DNA of 64,000 bases from Candidatus Algichlamydia australiensis. GTDB taxonomy: Bacteria > Chlamydiota > Chlamydiia > Chlamydiales > JAJFMI01. The first letter of the stretch is position 1. Each line of letters starts with the position of its first letter. The translations under genes were made by a program, and so were the position numbers. A model generated the notes under the pieces. That model did not search any database, was not told where the DNA came from, and saw only the letters and a program-made list of their open reading frames with translations. Below, piece after piece: positions 17,676-27,396 of this stretch. The stretch covers positions 192,001 to 256,000 of the forward strand of contig JAXCHI010000003.1 in assembly GCA_033977065.1 (NCBI GenBank), written 5' to 3'.

Positions 17676-20573
17676 ATGTTTGGCATTTTAAAGAAAATAT
17701 TTGGCACTGCGCAAGATCGATTAGTAAAAAAATATTTTAAATCCGTAAGCGAGATCAATCGCCTTGAAGAGTCCCTTCAAAAACTCTCTGATGAAGAGAT
17801 TCGAGCCAAGCATCAAGAGTTACAAAAACGCGCTCAAGAGGCCTCACTGGATTCTCTTCTCCCTGAAGCATTTGCTTTAGTCAAAAATGTTTGCCGCCGT
17901 TTGGTAGGAACTGAGGTACATGTCTCTGGTTATGACCAAAAATGGGATATGATCCCCTACGATGTGCAGCTTGTTGGCGGAATTGCGATGTTCCACGGAT
18001 CTATTGCAGAGATGCAAACCGGTGAAGGAAAGACTCTCACAGCTGCAATGCCACTTTATCTAAATGCATTGACGGGAAAGCCGGTTCACTTGGTGACAGT
18101 AAACGACTACTTAGCACAGCGTGACTGCGACTGGATTGGGGCAATTTTTCGCTGGCTAGGTTTAAGAGTTGCCGCTTTAACCAATGGCACGGCTCCTCAC
18201 GAGCGCGCTGAGGTCTACAAGGCTGACATCGTCTACGGCACAGCTTCAGAATTTGGTTTCGATTATCTGCGTGACAATTCGATGGCAATGAGCAAAGAAG
18301 AGCAAGTACAACGCGGTCACTACTTTGCGATTATTGACGAAGTTGACTCTATTTTGATTGATGAGGCGAGAACCCCTCTGATTATTTCTGGTCCTGTAGG
18401 TGAGTCTCGCCAGATGTATGATGTGCTAAAAAATCCCGTTGCTACTTTGGTGCGCAAACAGCGCGATTACTGCACAAAAATTGCTAATGATGCGCGTCGC
18501 ACACTTGAAAAATTGGGCCTTTTTGATGAGGAACCAAAAAAGCTTGCTAAGGATGAGCAAAAAGATTCTGATGAGGCGTTCAAACAGCTCTGGCTTGTAG
18601 GCAAAGGTACTCCTCGTAACAAGGTCATCAAACGTATCAAAGAAAATCCCGATTTACGGGCGAAGTTAGAGACGTGTGAAACAGAGTTTTATGCTGAAGC
18701 GAACAAGGAAGAGCGTGTCAAACGATTGAGCGATCTCTTCATGATTATCGATGAGCGCTCGAGTGATTATGAATTAACTGATAAAGGGATTCAGACTTGG
18801 GCTGATGCGTGTGGCAATGAGGAGAGCAAAAACGACTTTTTGATGCTCGATCTCGGCCATGAGTACGCAATGATCGATAAAGACTCCTCTTTAAGCGATC
18901 AGGAGAAGATGCAGCGCAAAGTGGCTGCCCGCGAGGAAGATGCGCTCCGCAAGGAGCGTGCTCACAATCTACGCCAACTCTTCCGCGCCCACCTTTTGAT
19001 GGAAAAAGATGTCGACTACATTGTCCAAGAGGGCAAAATTGTCATCATTGATGAGAACACGGGTCGCCCCCAGCCGGGTCGTCGCTTCTCTGATGGTTTG
19101 CACCAAGCGATTGAGGCAAAAGAGTCTGTCGCCATCCAGGGTGAAACGCAAACATATGCGACAATTACGCTACAAAACTTTTTCCGCTTGTATGATCGCC
19201 TTGCCGGAATGACCGGTACGGCAATGACCGAAGCGCAAGAGTTTAAGGAAATTTATAAGCTAGAGGCTTTGGACATCCCTACTCATCGTCCTTGTGTGCG
19301 CGATGATAAGGATGATGAGATCTACATGACCGAGCGCGAAAAGTACAACGCGATTATTAAAGAGATTCAAGAAATCAATGAAAAGGGGCAACCGATTCTT
19401 ATTGGTACTGAGTCTGTCGAGATTTCAGAGAAACTCTCGCGTATCTTAAAACAGAACAATTTAGAACATGTGATCCTCAATGCGAAAAACCATGCGAAAG
19501 AGGCGGAAATCATCGCTAGTGCTGGTAAGCGCGGCGCGATTACAGTCGCCACAAACATGGCGGGTCGCGGTACCGACATTAAGCTTGAAAAGGGCATTGC
19601 AGAACTAGGTGGTCTTCATGTGATTGGAACGACGCGTCACCAATCACGTCGCATCGATCGCCAACTTCGCGGTCGTGGCGGCCGCCAAGGCGATCCAGGA
19701 AGCTCAAAGTTTTATGTCTCTTTAGAAGATCAGCTCATGCGTCTTTTTGCAACGCCAAGACTTACTGCGTTCCTGCAGCGCTTTCGCCCCCCTGAAGGTG
19801 AACCGATCTCTGCTCCGATTTTAAATAAGTCAATTGAGACAGCGCAAAAAAGAATTGAACAGCGCAACTACTCAATGCGCAAGCACACTCTTGAGTATGA
19901 CGATGTGATGAACAAGCAGCGCGGTGAGGTCTACAGCTACCGGAACGATCTGCTTCATGAAGAGAACGCTATTGATATTGCGGAAGAGTCTTTAGAAGAG
20001 GTCTGTGCACAGATGTGTAGCCAATATTTGGTTAGTCGTGAGGATGAAGCGGGCTGGAATCCTGAAGGTTATCGCAACTGGCTGATGGAGCACTTCCCTG
20101 TCACCTTCTCAACTGAAGAGTTTGATGATGACTATCTTACTGTTGAAGAGATTGAGAAACGTGCGGCAACAAAGGTTATTGAAGCGTTTGAAAGAAAGCT
20201 TGCTCATGAGCGCTCTACTATCGAAGCGATTCAGCGAAAGAGTGGCCGTGTAGAGGAGGGCGATCCTCTCAATAATATTTTGCGCAACCTTCTCACTCGC
20301 ATCATCGATAAGCACTGGCAGCAGCACCTGCTTCACATCGACCACTTACGCTCTGAAGTCGGCATGCGTGTTGTCGGCCAGAAAGATCCTTTGCAAGAGT
20401 TTAAGCATGATGCTTTTGCTCTCTTTGATCGCTTTAGCCAAGATCTGAAAGTGGAAATTGCGCACGCTCTTTTTAAGTTTGCCATCCTGACTCCAGAGGA
20501 GTCAGAGCGCATGCGCAAAGAACAACTCCAGCAGTTAGAAAAGTTAAAAAAAAGCAAAAATAAAATTAGTTAG
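17676..20573 (+). CDS. secA: Protein translocase subunit SecA
   Basis: EMQTGEGKT, IDEVDSILIDEARTPL, GLHQAIEAKE, ATNMAGRGTDI, SRRIDRQLRGR. Confidence 0.98.
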   Translation: MFGILKKIFGTAQDRLVKKYFKSVSEINRLEESLQKLSDEEIRAKHQELQKRAQEASLDSLLPEAFALVKNVCRRLVGTEVHVSGYDQKWDMIPYDVQLVGGIAMFHGSIAEMQTGEGKTLTAAMPLYLNALTGKPVHLVTVNDYLAQRDCDWIGAIFRWLGLRVAALTNGTAPHERAEVYKADIVYGTASEFGFDYLRDNSMAMSKEEQVQRGHYFAIIDEVDSILIDEARTPLIISGPVGESRQMYDVLKNPVATLVRKQRDYCTKIANDARRTLEKLGLFDEEPKKLAKDEQKDSDEAFKQLWLVGKGTPRNKVIKRIKENPDLRAKLETCETEFYAEANKEERVKRLSDLFMIIDERSSDYELTDKGIQTWADACGNEESKNDFLMLDLGHEYAMIDKDSSLSDQEKMQRKVAAREEDALRKERAHNLRQLFRAHLLMEKDVDYIVQEGKIVIIDENTGRPQPGRRFSDGLHQAIEAKESVAIQGETQTYATITLQNFFRLYDRLAGMTGTAMTEAQEFKEIYKLEALDIPTHRPCVRDDKDDEIYMTEREKYNAIIKEIQEINEKGQPILIGTESVEISEKLSRILKQNNLEHVILNAKNHAKEAEIIASAGKRGAITVATNMAGRGTDIKLEKGIAELGGLHVIGTTRHQSRRIDRQLRGRGGRQGDPGSSKFYVSLEDQLMRLFATPRLTAFLQRFRPPEGEPISAPILNKSIETAQKRIEQRNYSMRKHTLEYDDVMNKQRGEVYSYRNDLLHEENAIDIAEESLEEVCAQMCSQYLVSREDEAGWNPEGYRNWLMEHFPVTFSTEEFDDDYLTVEEIEKRAATKVIEAFERKLAHERSTIEAIQRKSGRVEEGDPLNNILRNLLTRIIDKHWQQHLLHIDHLRSEVGMRVVGQKDPLQEFKHDAFALFDRFSQDLKVEIAHALFKFAILTPEESERMRKEQLQQLEKLKKSKNKIS

Positions 20574-20626
20574 TTTTCATCAAATGCAATAAGTGTTAAT
20601 TAAAAGGTAGAATAATTAGGTTTGTT

Positions 20627-20899
20627 ATGAATTCTACCAAATTACTTATATTAACTTTACTTGTAACCAATTGCGCTTTTGCAAATCCTTCTGCAAAAAA
20701 TCTGCGTGCAATGAGACTCAAAAGTCTGAAAGAGAAGCATGAAGAGTTTCAGAAAGAGATTGTCAATCTTAAGCGTGAGGTAAACCAAAAAGCCTCTTTT
20801 GTTGATGAAGAAGTAGAGGAGCTAAAAGAGATGATCTTCATGCAAGAGGAGATGATCTTAGAGCTTACCGAAAAGCTTCGCGACCTCAAAAGTAAATAA
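20627..20899 (+). CDS. Hypothetical exported coiled-coil protein
   Basis: Signal-peptide-like N-terminus and heptad-rich helical body. Confidence 0.55.
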   Translation: MNSTKLLILTLLVTNCAFANPSAKNLRAMRLKSLKEKHEEFQKEIVNLKREVNQKASFVDEEVEELKEMIFMQEEMILELTEKLRDLKSK

Positions 20900-20977
20900 T
20901 TTTTTAAATTCTTGCCTTGATCTTTATTTTATAAAAACTATATAATTTTTATAAATTTAGAACAGGGTTAGATTATA

Positions 20978-22135
20978 ATGTGGGTTCTCAAGTTAGTTAA
21001 TAATTTCGCAGTTTCTGTTAATAACAGTTCTGTTGTTTGTGAGGTAAAAGACTCATCAAAAAAAATTTACAATTTTCTGGCAGAGCACAAAGGAAAGTTT
21101 TTTATTTTAGTTGCATCTGCTTCTGCATACAAAATTAATAAGAAATACAAAATTATTGATCTCATCAAAAATAATAAGGCTGAAACGTTTAACTATATTC
21201 ATCGTTCTGCTCAGATCTTAGGAAATCTTTCCTGGTATCTCATCCCATTTACTGTTGCGTATTCAGTTCGCTCAGCAGCAAAGATATCTGGCAAAGCGAG
21301 CATAGCAGCTACTAAAATGCGTGATCTAGTAGAAAGCGCACGAAAAGGAGAACTCGACCCTTATTTTGGCAATGAAAAGATTATTGATGAAGTTTTTGTG
21401 AACCTTGGAGTAGAGAAAATGGGCAATACATTTCTTGTAGGCCCTGCTGGTACTGGAAAAACCGCTCTTGCCCATAGAATTGCACAAAGAATCGCAGAAG
21501 GTAATGTCCCTGAATTTTTAAAAGAGAGCAGTGTCTATGTATTAAAACCTGATACCCTTTTTTCTGGGGCAAAATATTATGGAGATACTGAAGAGCGTTA
21601 TACACAATTAATGCAAGAGCTTAAGAAAAAAAAGAATACGATTCTTTTCATCGATGAGGCCCATCTGTTAGTAAAAAATAAGGGTGGGGATCGATCGCTA
21701 GGGACTAATTTATCAGAAAGATTGAAAACCGATTTATTAGAAGGGGGATTTTTGTGTATTGCTGCGACCACAAGTAAAGAATACACAGAGTTTCTTGAAT
21801 CTGATGAAGCCTTTACTAGACGCTTTTTCCGTATTGATTTAGAAGAGCCTTCTGTTGAAACTACGGGACAGATTTTAGAATCCATTAAGGAAAAACGTTT
21901 TGAGAAACGTTATGGTATCAAGATTTCTGCTGAGCTCCTCCAAACAATTCCTCAAAAGTGCAAAGACCTTAAAGGAAATTTCCCTGCAAAAGCAATTGCA
22001 TTGGTTGAAAAACTTTGTTCAAAAGCAAGATTAGAAAAAAAAGAAGTGATTTCAAAAGAGATGGTATCGGCAGCAATTGCAGCACAAAAATCTCAGAGCA
22101 ATAAAGAAGAGACCTGGGCCTCCATGTACAATTAG
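20978..22135 (+). CDS. Truncated ClpA/ClpB-type single AAA+ domain protein with hydrophobic N-terminus
   Basis: GELDP, GPAGTGKT, GAKYYGDTEER, ILFIDEAH, AATT..EY, AFTRRF, FPAKAI; no second AAA domain. Confidence 0.8.
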   Translation: MWVLKLVNNFAVSVNNSSVVCEVKDSSKKIYNFLAEHKGKFFILVASASAYKINKKYKIIDLIKNNKAETFNYIHRSAQILGNLSWYLIPFTVAYSVRSAAKISGKASIAATKMRDLVESARKGELDPYFGNEKIIDEVFVNLGVEKMGNTFLVGPAGTGKTALAHRIAQRIAEGNVPEFLKESSVYVLKPDTLFSGAKYYGDTEERYTQLMQELKKKKNTILFIDEAHLLVKNKGGDRSLGTNLSERLKTDLLEGGFLCIAATTSKEYTEFLESDEAFTRRFFRIDLEEPSVETTGQILESIKEKRFEKRYGIKISAELLQTIPQKCKDLKGNFPAKAIALVEKLCSKARLEKKEVISKEMVSAAIAAQKSQSNKEETWASMYN

Positions 22136-25100
22136 AGAGGCGCCTCGCCTAGCCAATAGACATCATCTTCGAAGTTTAATGAGCCGTATGGATCAAAGCC
22201 GGGATCGCAGAGCAGTTTGCGACGGCGTATTTCACAAATATTTGTATGGTAGAAGGGGTAGTTTGGCAATCGCATAAAGCGGAATAGGGGCAGATCATCT
22301 TGCAGCTCGGTGTTTGCTACAAGTAATCCATTAAAAAGATCGATTCTTGATCCTCGACTTCGGCCAATTTTATAATAGATACGGAATGCTGCTGTAGAAA
22401 AATCTCCTTGAGGGAAATAGACGCCAAACTGCTCTTGAGGATTATTCCCTCTTCCTGTTCCTGGCATAAATGCTTCTCCATTGATAAGGGAGATAATGCT
22501 GTTTTCTGGGCGGTCAACTGTATAGATACGCAGCTGCCTCGTTGCGTTTAGGGTACCATCTAAATTAACGCCAGCGATTCCAAATCCAGGTGGGATTGGA
22601 TTGCGATTGTCGGTTACAATAGTTAATGGCCCGTTGCCATTTTCGGCTTGTGCTGCGCCAAACCCCGCGCTCTCTTGCAAGGTGAAATTGCGTCCTGCTG
22701 CAAGAAGGTGGGTCGAAGCGGTTAACGTTGGCGCTCCTCCATGCCCTCCGTGACCAATTCTTGCAAAACTTGTTGCGCTTGCACTCCCACCTAAAATATT
22801 CATATCGCCAAAGGGGCGCACGGTGATGTCTCCACCAAGTGATGATCCGGCCACACCTGCGTGGCCGATTTGCGCAAAGCCTGCAGCTCCTCCAGCGACT
22901 GTCGCTCCTGTAATTGTTGCGCTGCCCCCGATAAAGGTGAAATTAATTGGGGCATTATACGTAAATGTGGAGGAAGGGTCGCCATGTCCGATTAGCGCAT
23001 AGCCATCGGTATTTTCTCCATCAATTAAAAGATTTCTTCCGATGTTAGGAAAGCGAATTGCGGCTGTTGAGGAGGCGCTATTTGCTCCTATCTGGGCGAA
23101 GGTAGTAGCAAAAGTTCCTCCTGTTAAGGTGACATCGCGTCCAACAGCTCCTCTAAAATTTCCTGTTCCCAAAAATATTCCTGAAGGGGTTACTGCTGTG
23201 GTGTTGCCATTGATGATAAGATCGCGCGCGCTATCAACTGTGACAAGGCCGCTACTTCCCACAACTGATCCCCCTTCATCGATCACAATATCGCTAAATG
23301 TTTGCAATGCAATGGGCGCTGAAACTGTTGAGGAGACAAGGCCATCATCTGTAATGTGAATGCCCATTGTGCTTGTGCCCGAAGCGCGTCCAATTAAATT
23401 TATTTTTCCGGTTGCAGAGGTCACAAGGGTGGGCGTATCTCGGATATCTACTCCTGCATCACTTGTAGCCCCCGATCCCGCTCTTCCATCAAAATTGATA
23501 GTTGCTGAACCTGTAGAGGATACTGTTGCTAGATTGCGAATTGTAATCCCGTGAGAACCTCCACTCGCCCCCAGACCCCCTACTCCTGTAACAGAGATAT
23601 TTCCATCTAGTGAGGTTAAAGTTGCGTCTTGGATGCGTACGCCTTGCAGAGCACTTGCTCCATCTCCTGCTGTACCATTCAAGATCACTTGTCCGCTACT
23701 TGTCGAAGAGACGTCTGACTCAAAGAGAAAAATTCCATAGTTATTGGTTGATCCGGCTCCTCCTGCTCCAGTCAAAGAGAGATTACCTGCTGCTGATGTA
23801 GTAATCGTTGCCATGCTGCCAATATTTGTTCCGATCGCCTCATTTGCTGCTGCCACTGAACCTGTTCCATTTAACACAACATCTCCAAAACCTGTGGTTT
23901 CAATAAGCGGTCCTGTATTCACATTGACTCCGCTTGAGCTTGAAGAAGAGTTGGAAAACGATCTACCGGTTAACGTAATACCTCCATCTGTACAGGTAAC
24001 GGTTGTTCCTGCAGTATTGATCAAAATACCGTGATCATTATTGCTCCCAGCTCCGCTGTTGCCCGTGATTGAAATGGGACCTATCGAAGTGCCTGTAAGA
24101 GTGGAAGCGCCATTGATCAAGACACCGTGATTATCTGTGCTGCTTCCATCCCCACCTGTTCCTGAAAAGATAAGTCCTCCTGTGCTAGATGCACTTAAGA
24201 GAGCGGCATTTAAAAGATGTATACCATAATTGTCTGAGGTTCCATCTCCGCCTGTTCCAGTAAAAGTAAATGTTCCGCTTCCCGAGTTGATTACTGATGT
24301 ACCAGAGAGGCTAATTCCAATAAGATCGCTTATGCCTGTTGCATTGTTCGTTCCAATCGTTTCAATATTTCCTGCACCCCCTGTAAATGTGGCTGTTCCT
24401 ATACTAACGCCGCTTACAGGAGTCACTGTGCTTGATGCTACAGTCCCTGAGAGCGTAGCAAGGCCTGAACCACCAGTAAATGTGGTGCTGTTCCCAAACC
24501 GAACTCCATGATCATCTATGCTTGTCCCTGTAATAGTGCCGGTAGTTCCAAAAGTAATGGCGGCAGTCGCACCTGTTACTTCAACACCGGCTCCTGTTCC
24601 TCCTGTTTTTGTTCCAGAAATTGTAGTTACAGCTGTAGATGAGATAATGGAGTCGCTAATCGCTACTGCACTTGAGCCTGAGCTTGTATCAGATGGGGTG
24701 CGAATAGTAAGCGTACCCGCAGTTCCTGTTTTTTCAATTAATGATGTTGAGGAGATCCCAATTGATCCTCCAGTATCTGGGGCGATGGTAATATCAGATT
24801 GAGCAGAAGCGACTTTTATATCTGAGCTTGAGATCACAATCTCTCCTGATGTTCCCAATCCTGTTGTGATTGTTACATTATTGGTAGTCGTTCCAGTATC
24901 GATAGTACCAGTTGTTTCAATCAGTGCTCCACCTTGAACTTGAACTGCTACATTTGTAGAAGGACCTCTTGTTCCCGTTATGAGAATTGAACCGTCAATA
25001 CTTGTAATCTGAGCGCCATCTGCAACGCCTCCCCCCTCAATTTGCACGCCGCGATTGTTCGTTCCCCCTCCCCCATCACTAACACCTGTACCTGTGATCG

Positions 25101-27396
25101 TGATAGATGCAGCTGTTGATCCTGTTCCCAAAGAGCGGATCAGCAACACGCTCCCATTTCCATCAATATTGATTCCTCTATTCGACCCACCAGGAGAAAG
25201 GGGTGTTGTAACAGCCTGGTTTCCATTAATCGTAATGGCTCCTGTTGTAGAGGTGATTGCTGAGGCATTTACAATACTTGTGCCAAAATTACTCCCAGCT
25301 ACTCCAAGGCCCGAGAGTCCATCAATTGTAATGCTTCCGGTTGCTGCTGTGTCTGAAACAACACTTGAATCACTGATTCGTACGCCATCTGCAGAGCCCG
25401 TAGTGCTTGCTGCTCCCGTTCCTGTAAACTGAATCGTAGCAGGACCAAGTGTTGTAACAGAAGCTGAAGAGTCTAACTGAATACCGTGGCCGCTATTGCC
25501 TGTTGTTGAAGGAATAAAATTTTGATTTCCGCTTAGGAGAATATTGCCATTTGTTGACGTAATTGCTGTGCCATTAAGCTCAACACCATAGCAGTTATCT
25601 ACACCACTACCACCTTCACCCGTAACTGTTATGGTTCCAGCACTACCACTTCCAGAAGTAATAATTGAGTCAAAAAGAGTCACCCCTCTGATATTTGAAG
25701 CACCCGTTTCTAAATGAGCATCTCCTGAGATGGCAATATTCCCTGAGTTTGTCGTCAATGCACAAGTTGTAATTGAGACTGCATCAGCGGTATTGGCTGC
25801 CGTCTGCACTCCTGTGATCGTCATCCCACCCGATCCACATGTGAGAGTTGCCATGTTTGCTGTTACACTTCCTGTTGCTGCCGTCAGGGTAATCGCGTCG
25901 GTACTAATCGAAGCTCCTGTGTTGACATTGACGTCATTAGCAGCTGTTGCAATTAGAGAGCCTACTGTATTTGTGATGGCCGCATCGATATCAATATCAA
26001 CAGCAGCATCTAAGGTTAGCGTCGACGCAAAAGACCAATCGATGGGTACGCTAACCGTAAGTGTTCCACCAGTTCCTGTTGGTGTGGCCGACCCTGACGT
26101 GGTTACCGTCACGCTTGCAGTGGCAAGATTTGTGGTTAATGTGTCCACGTTTAGTACTGCGGGATTTGAGGTTGGAGAAAAAGTGGGAAGCGTAAGGTTC
26201 ATTCCTGAATCCGCTCCCGCACTGATTACAACATCTGTATCGGGATCTAATAGCAGATCTCCCAATTTTCCGAAGGGTGCCCGGCAGTCGCACTTGCCGC
26301 GATAGAGCAAGCTCTGATTTCCGGATACTTCTACAAAACCGCCGTCCCCTCCTTCGCTGCCTCCGCGTGAGGTGATCTCACCAAAAAATTTCATTTCACG
26401 ATCAGCCCAAAAGACAACTTTACCGCCATTGCCCTCTTTCTTGGCATCCGCATCGATGAATGCGCCATTTGTGACAACTACATCTAAGGCGTTGGGAATC
26501 TCCATATCAAGACCGCGGTAGTCGCCACCAACTAAAAGTGTGCCTCCACCATTTTCTGCAGAGATATCGACATGGGCGTGATCTCCCAAAAAGATTTTAT
26601 CACCCAAGATGTGTACCTCTCCGCCCTTGGCCTCAATCTCTCCGTCAAAATTTGTCTTCCCATGTTCCGCAACAAGATAGATTCTTCCTTTACTCTTTTT
26701 AGAAGAAGTCGCCTCAATTTTCCCTTCACAGCTAATCGCTTTGTCATAAACACTGCCTGTTCGCAGCTCGGTAACTAAAGATTGAATTTCCCCGCTCTGC
26801 TGAATCGAAGTGCCCCCTTTTGCTTGTACAAAGATACGCTGGTTACCTTCAGGTTTAAGTAAAATTTTCGGTCCACTAGCAAGAGCAACAAAATCCCCTT
26901 TAATGTTTCCGCGATTGGCGACATTGTGCGCTATGAGTGCAACCTCTCCCTGCATGCAGGAAATTTTTCCTAAATTGATCACATCTGCTTGCGAGTCTCC
27001 AGAAAAAAGTAACTCCTCACCACGCAAAAAGTCCTGGTCCAAAACATCTAAAGAGGAAGCCACAAATCCAGCCGTATTGATCACTGCATCCTTACCAATT
27101 AAAACCCCTTTAGGGTTAAGCAAGTAGACCTTCCCGTTGGATTCGAGCTGACCAAGCAATTCTGAGCGCGCTCCTGAAACGCGATTTAAGATCGCCGATT
27201 TTTGATCTGGCATGGCAAAACGCACCTTCTCATCCTTGCCAATCGAAAATTCATCCCATTTCACGACAGCTCGCTTGCCACTTTCAATTACAAGCGTACC
27301 CGATTGCTCTTTGCAGCTCGCCTTTCCAGAAAGAGTTTTCATTCCGGCCGGTTTCGCAACAAGTGCTAGAGGAAGTAGCAAGAAGAGTGCTCTCAT
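22132..27396 (-). CDS. Filamentous haemagglutinin-like (TpsA-type) exoprotein 1, 1754 aa
   Basis: Short signal peptide; TPS domain (WDEFSIG..E.V.F, AILNRVSG, NGKVYLLNPKGVLIG); GGFVEVSG, G.LLLDP; long Gly/Ser/Thr beta-helix repeats. Confidence 0.88.
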   Translation of the reverse strand: MRALFLLLPLALVAKPAGMKTLSGKASCKEQSGTLVIESGKRAVVKWDEFSIGKDEKVRFAMPDQKSAILNRVSGARSELLGQLESNGKVYLLNPKGVLIGKDAVINTAGFVASSLDVLDQDFLRGEELLFSGDSQADVINLGKISCMQGEVALIAHNVANRGNIKGDFVALASGPKILLKPEGNQRIFVQAKGGTSIQQSGEIQSLVTELRTGSVYDKAISCEGKIEATSSKKSKGRIYLVAEHGKTNFDGEIEAKGGEVHILGDKIFLGDHAHVDISAENGGGTLLVGGDYRGLDMEIPNALDVVVTNGAFIDADAKKEGNGGKVVFWADREMKFFGEITSRGGSEGGDGGFVEVSGNQSLLYRGKCDCRAPFGKLGDLLLDPDTDVVISAGADSGMNLTLPTFSPTSNPAVLNVDTLTTNLATASVTVTTSGSATPTGTGGTLTVSVPIDWSFASTLTLDAAVDIDIDAAITNTVGSLIATAANDVNVNTGASISTDAITLTAATGSVTANMATLTCGSGGMTITGVQTAANTADAVSITTCALTTNSGNIAISGDAHLETGASNIRGVTLFDSIITSGSGSAGTITVTGEGGSGVDNCYGVELNGTAITSTNGNILLSGNQNFIPSTTGNSGHGIQLDSSASVTTLGPATIQFTGTGAASTTGSADGVRISDSSVVSDTAATGSITIDGLSGLGVAGSNFGTSIVNASAITSTTGAITINGNQAVTTPLSPGGSNRGINIDGNGSVLLIRSLGTGSTAASITITGTGVSDGGGGTNNRGVQIEGGGVADGAQITSIDGSILITGTRGPSTNVAVQVQGGALIETTGTIDTGTTTNNVTITTGLGTSGEIVISSSDIKVASAQSDITIAPDTGGSIGISSTSLIEKTGTAGTLTIRTPSDTSSGSSAVAISDSIISSTAVTTISGTKTGGTGAGVEVTGATAAITFGTTGTITGTSIDDHGVRFGNSTTFTGGSGLATLSGTVASSTVTPVSGVSIGTATFTGGAGNIETIGTNNATGISDLIGISLSGTSVINSGSGTFTFTGTGGDGTSDNYGIHLLNAALLSASSTGGLIFSGTGGDGSSTDNHGVLINGASTLTGTSIGPISITGNSGAGSNNDHGILINTAGTTVTCTDGGITLTGRSFSNSSSSSSGVNVNTGPLIETTGFGDVVLNGTGSVAAANEAIGTNIGSMATITTSAAGNLSLTGAGGAGSTNNYGIFLFESDVSSTSSGQVILNGTAGDGASALQGVRIQDATLTSLDGNISVTGVGGLGASGGSHGITIRNLATVSSTGSATINFDGRAGSGATSDAGVDIRDTPTLVTSATGKINLIGRASGTSTMGIHITDDGLVSSTVSAPIALQTFSDIVIDEGGSVVGSSGLVTVDSARDLIINGNTTAVTPSGIFLGTGNFRGAVGRDVTLTGGTFATTFAQIGANSASSTAAIRFPNIGRNLLIDGENTDGYALIGHGDPSSTFTYNAPINFTFIGGSATITGATVAGGAAGFAQIGHAGVAGSSLGGDITVRPFGDMNILGGSASATSFARIGHGGHGGAPTLTASTHLLAAGRNFTLQESAGFGAAQAENGNGPLTIVTDNRNPIPPGFGIAGVNLDGTLNATRQLRIYTVDRPENSIISLINGEAFMPGTGRGNNPQEQFGVYFPQGDFSTAAFRIYYKIGRSRGSRIDLFNGLLVANTELQDDLPLFRFMRLPNYPFYHTNICEIRRRKLLCDPGFDPYGSLNFEDDVYWLGEAPL

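Noticed and set aside
17676..20573. SecA with internal insertion and no C-terminal zinc motif
   Set aside because: Consistent with recalled chlamydial SecA architecture; no intein signature.
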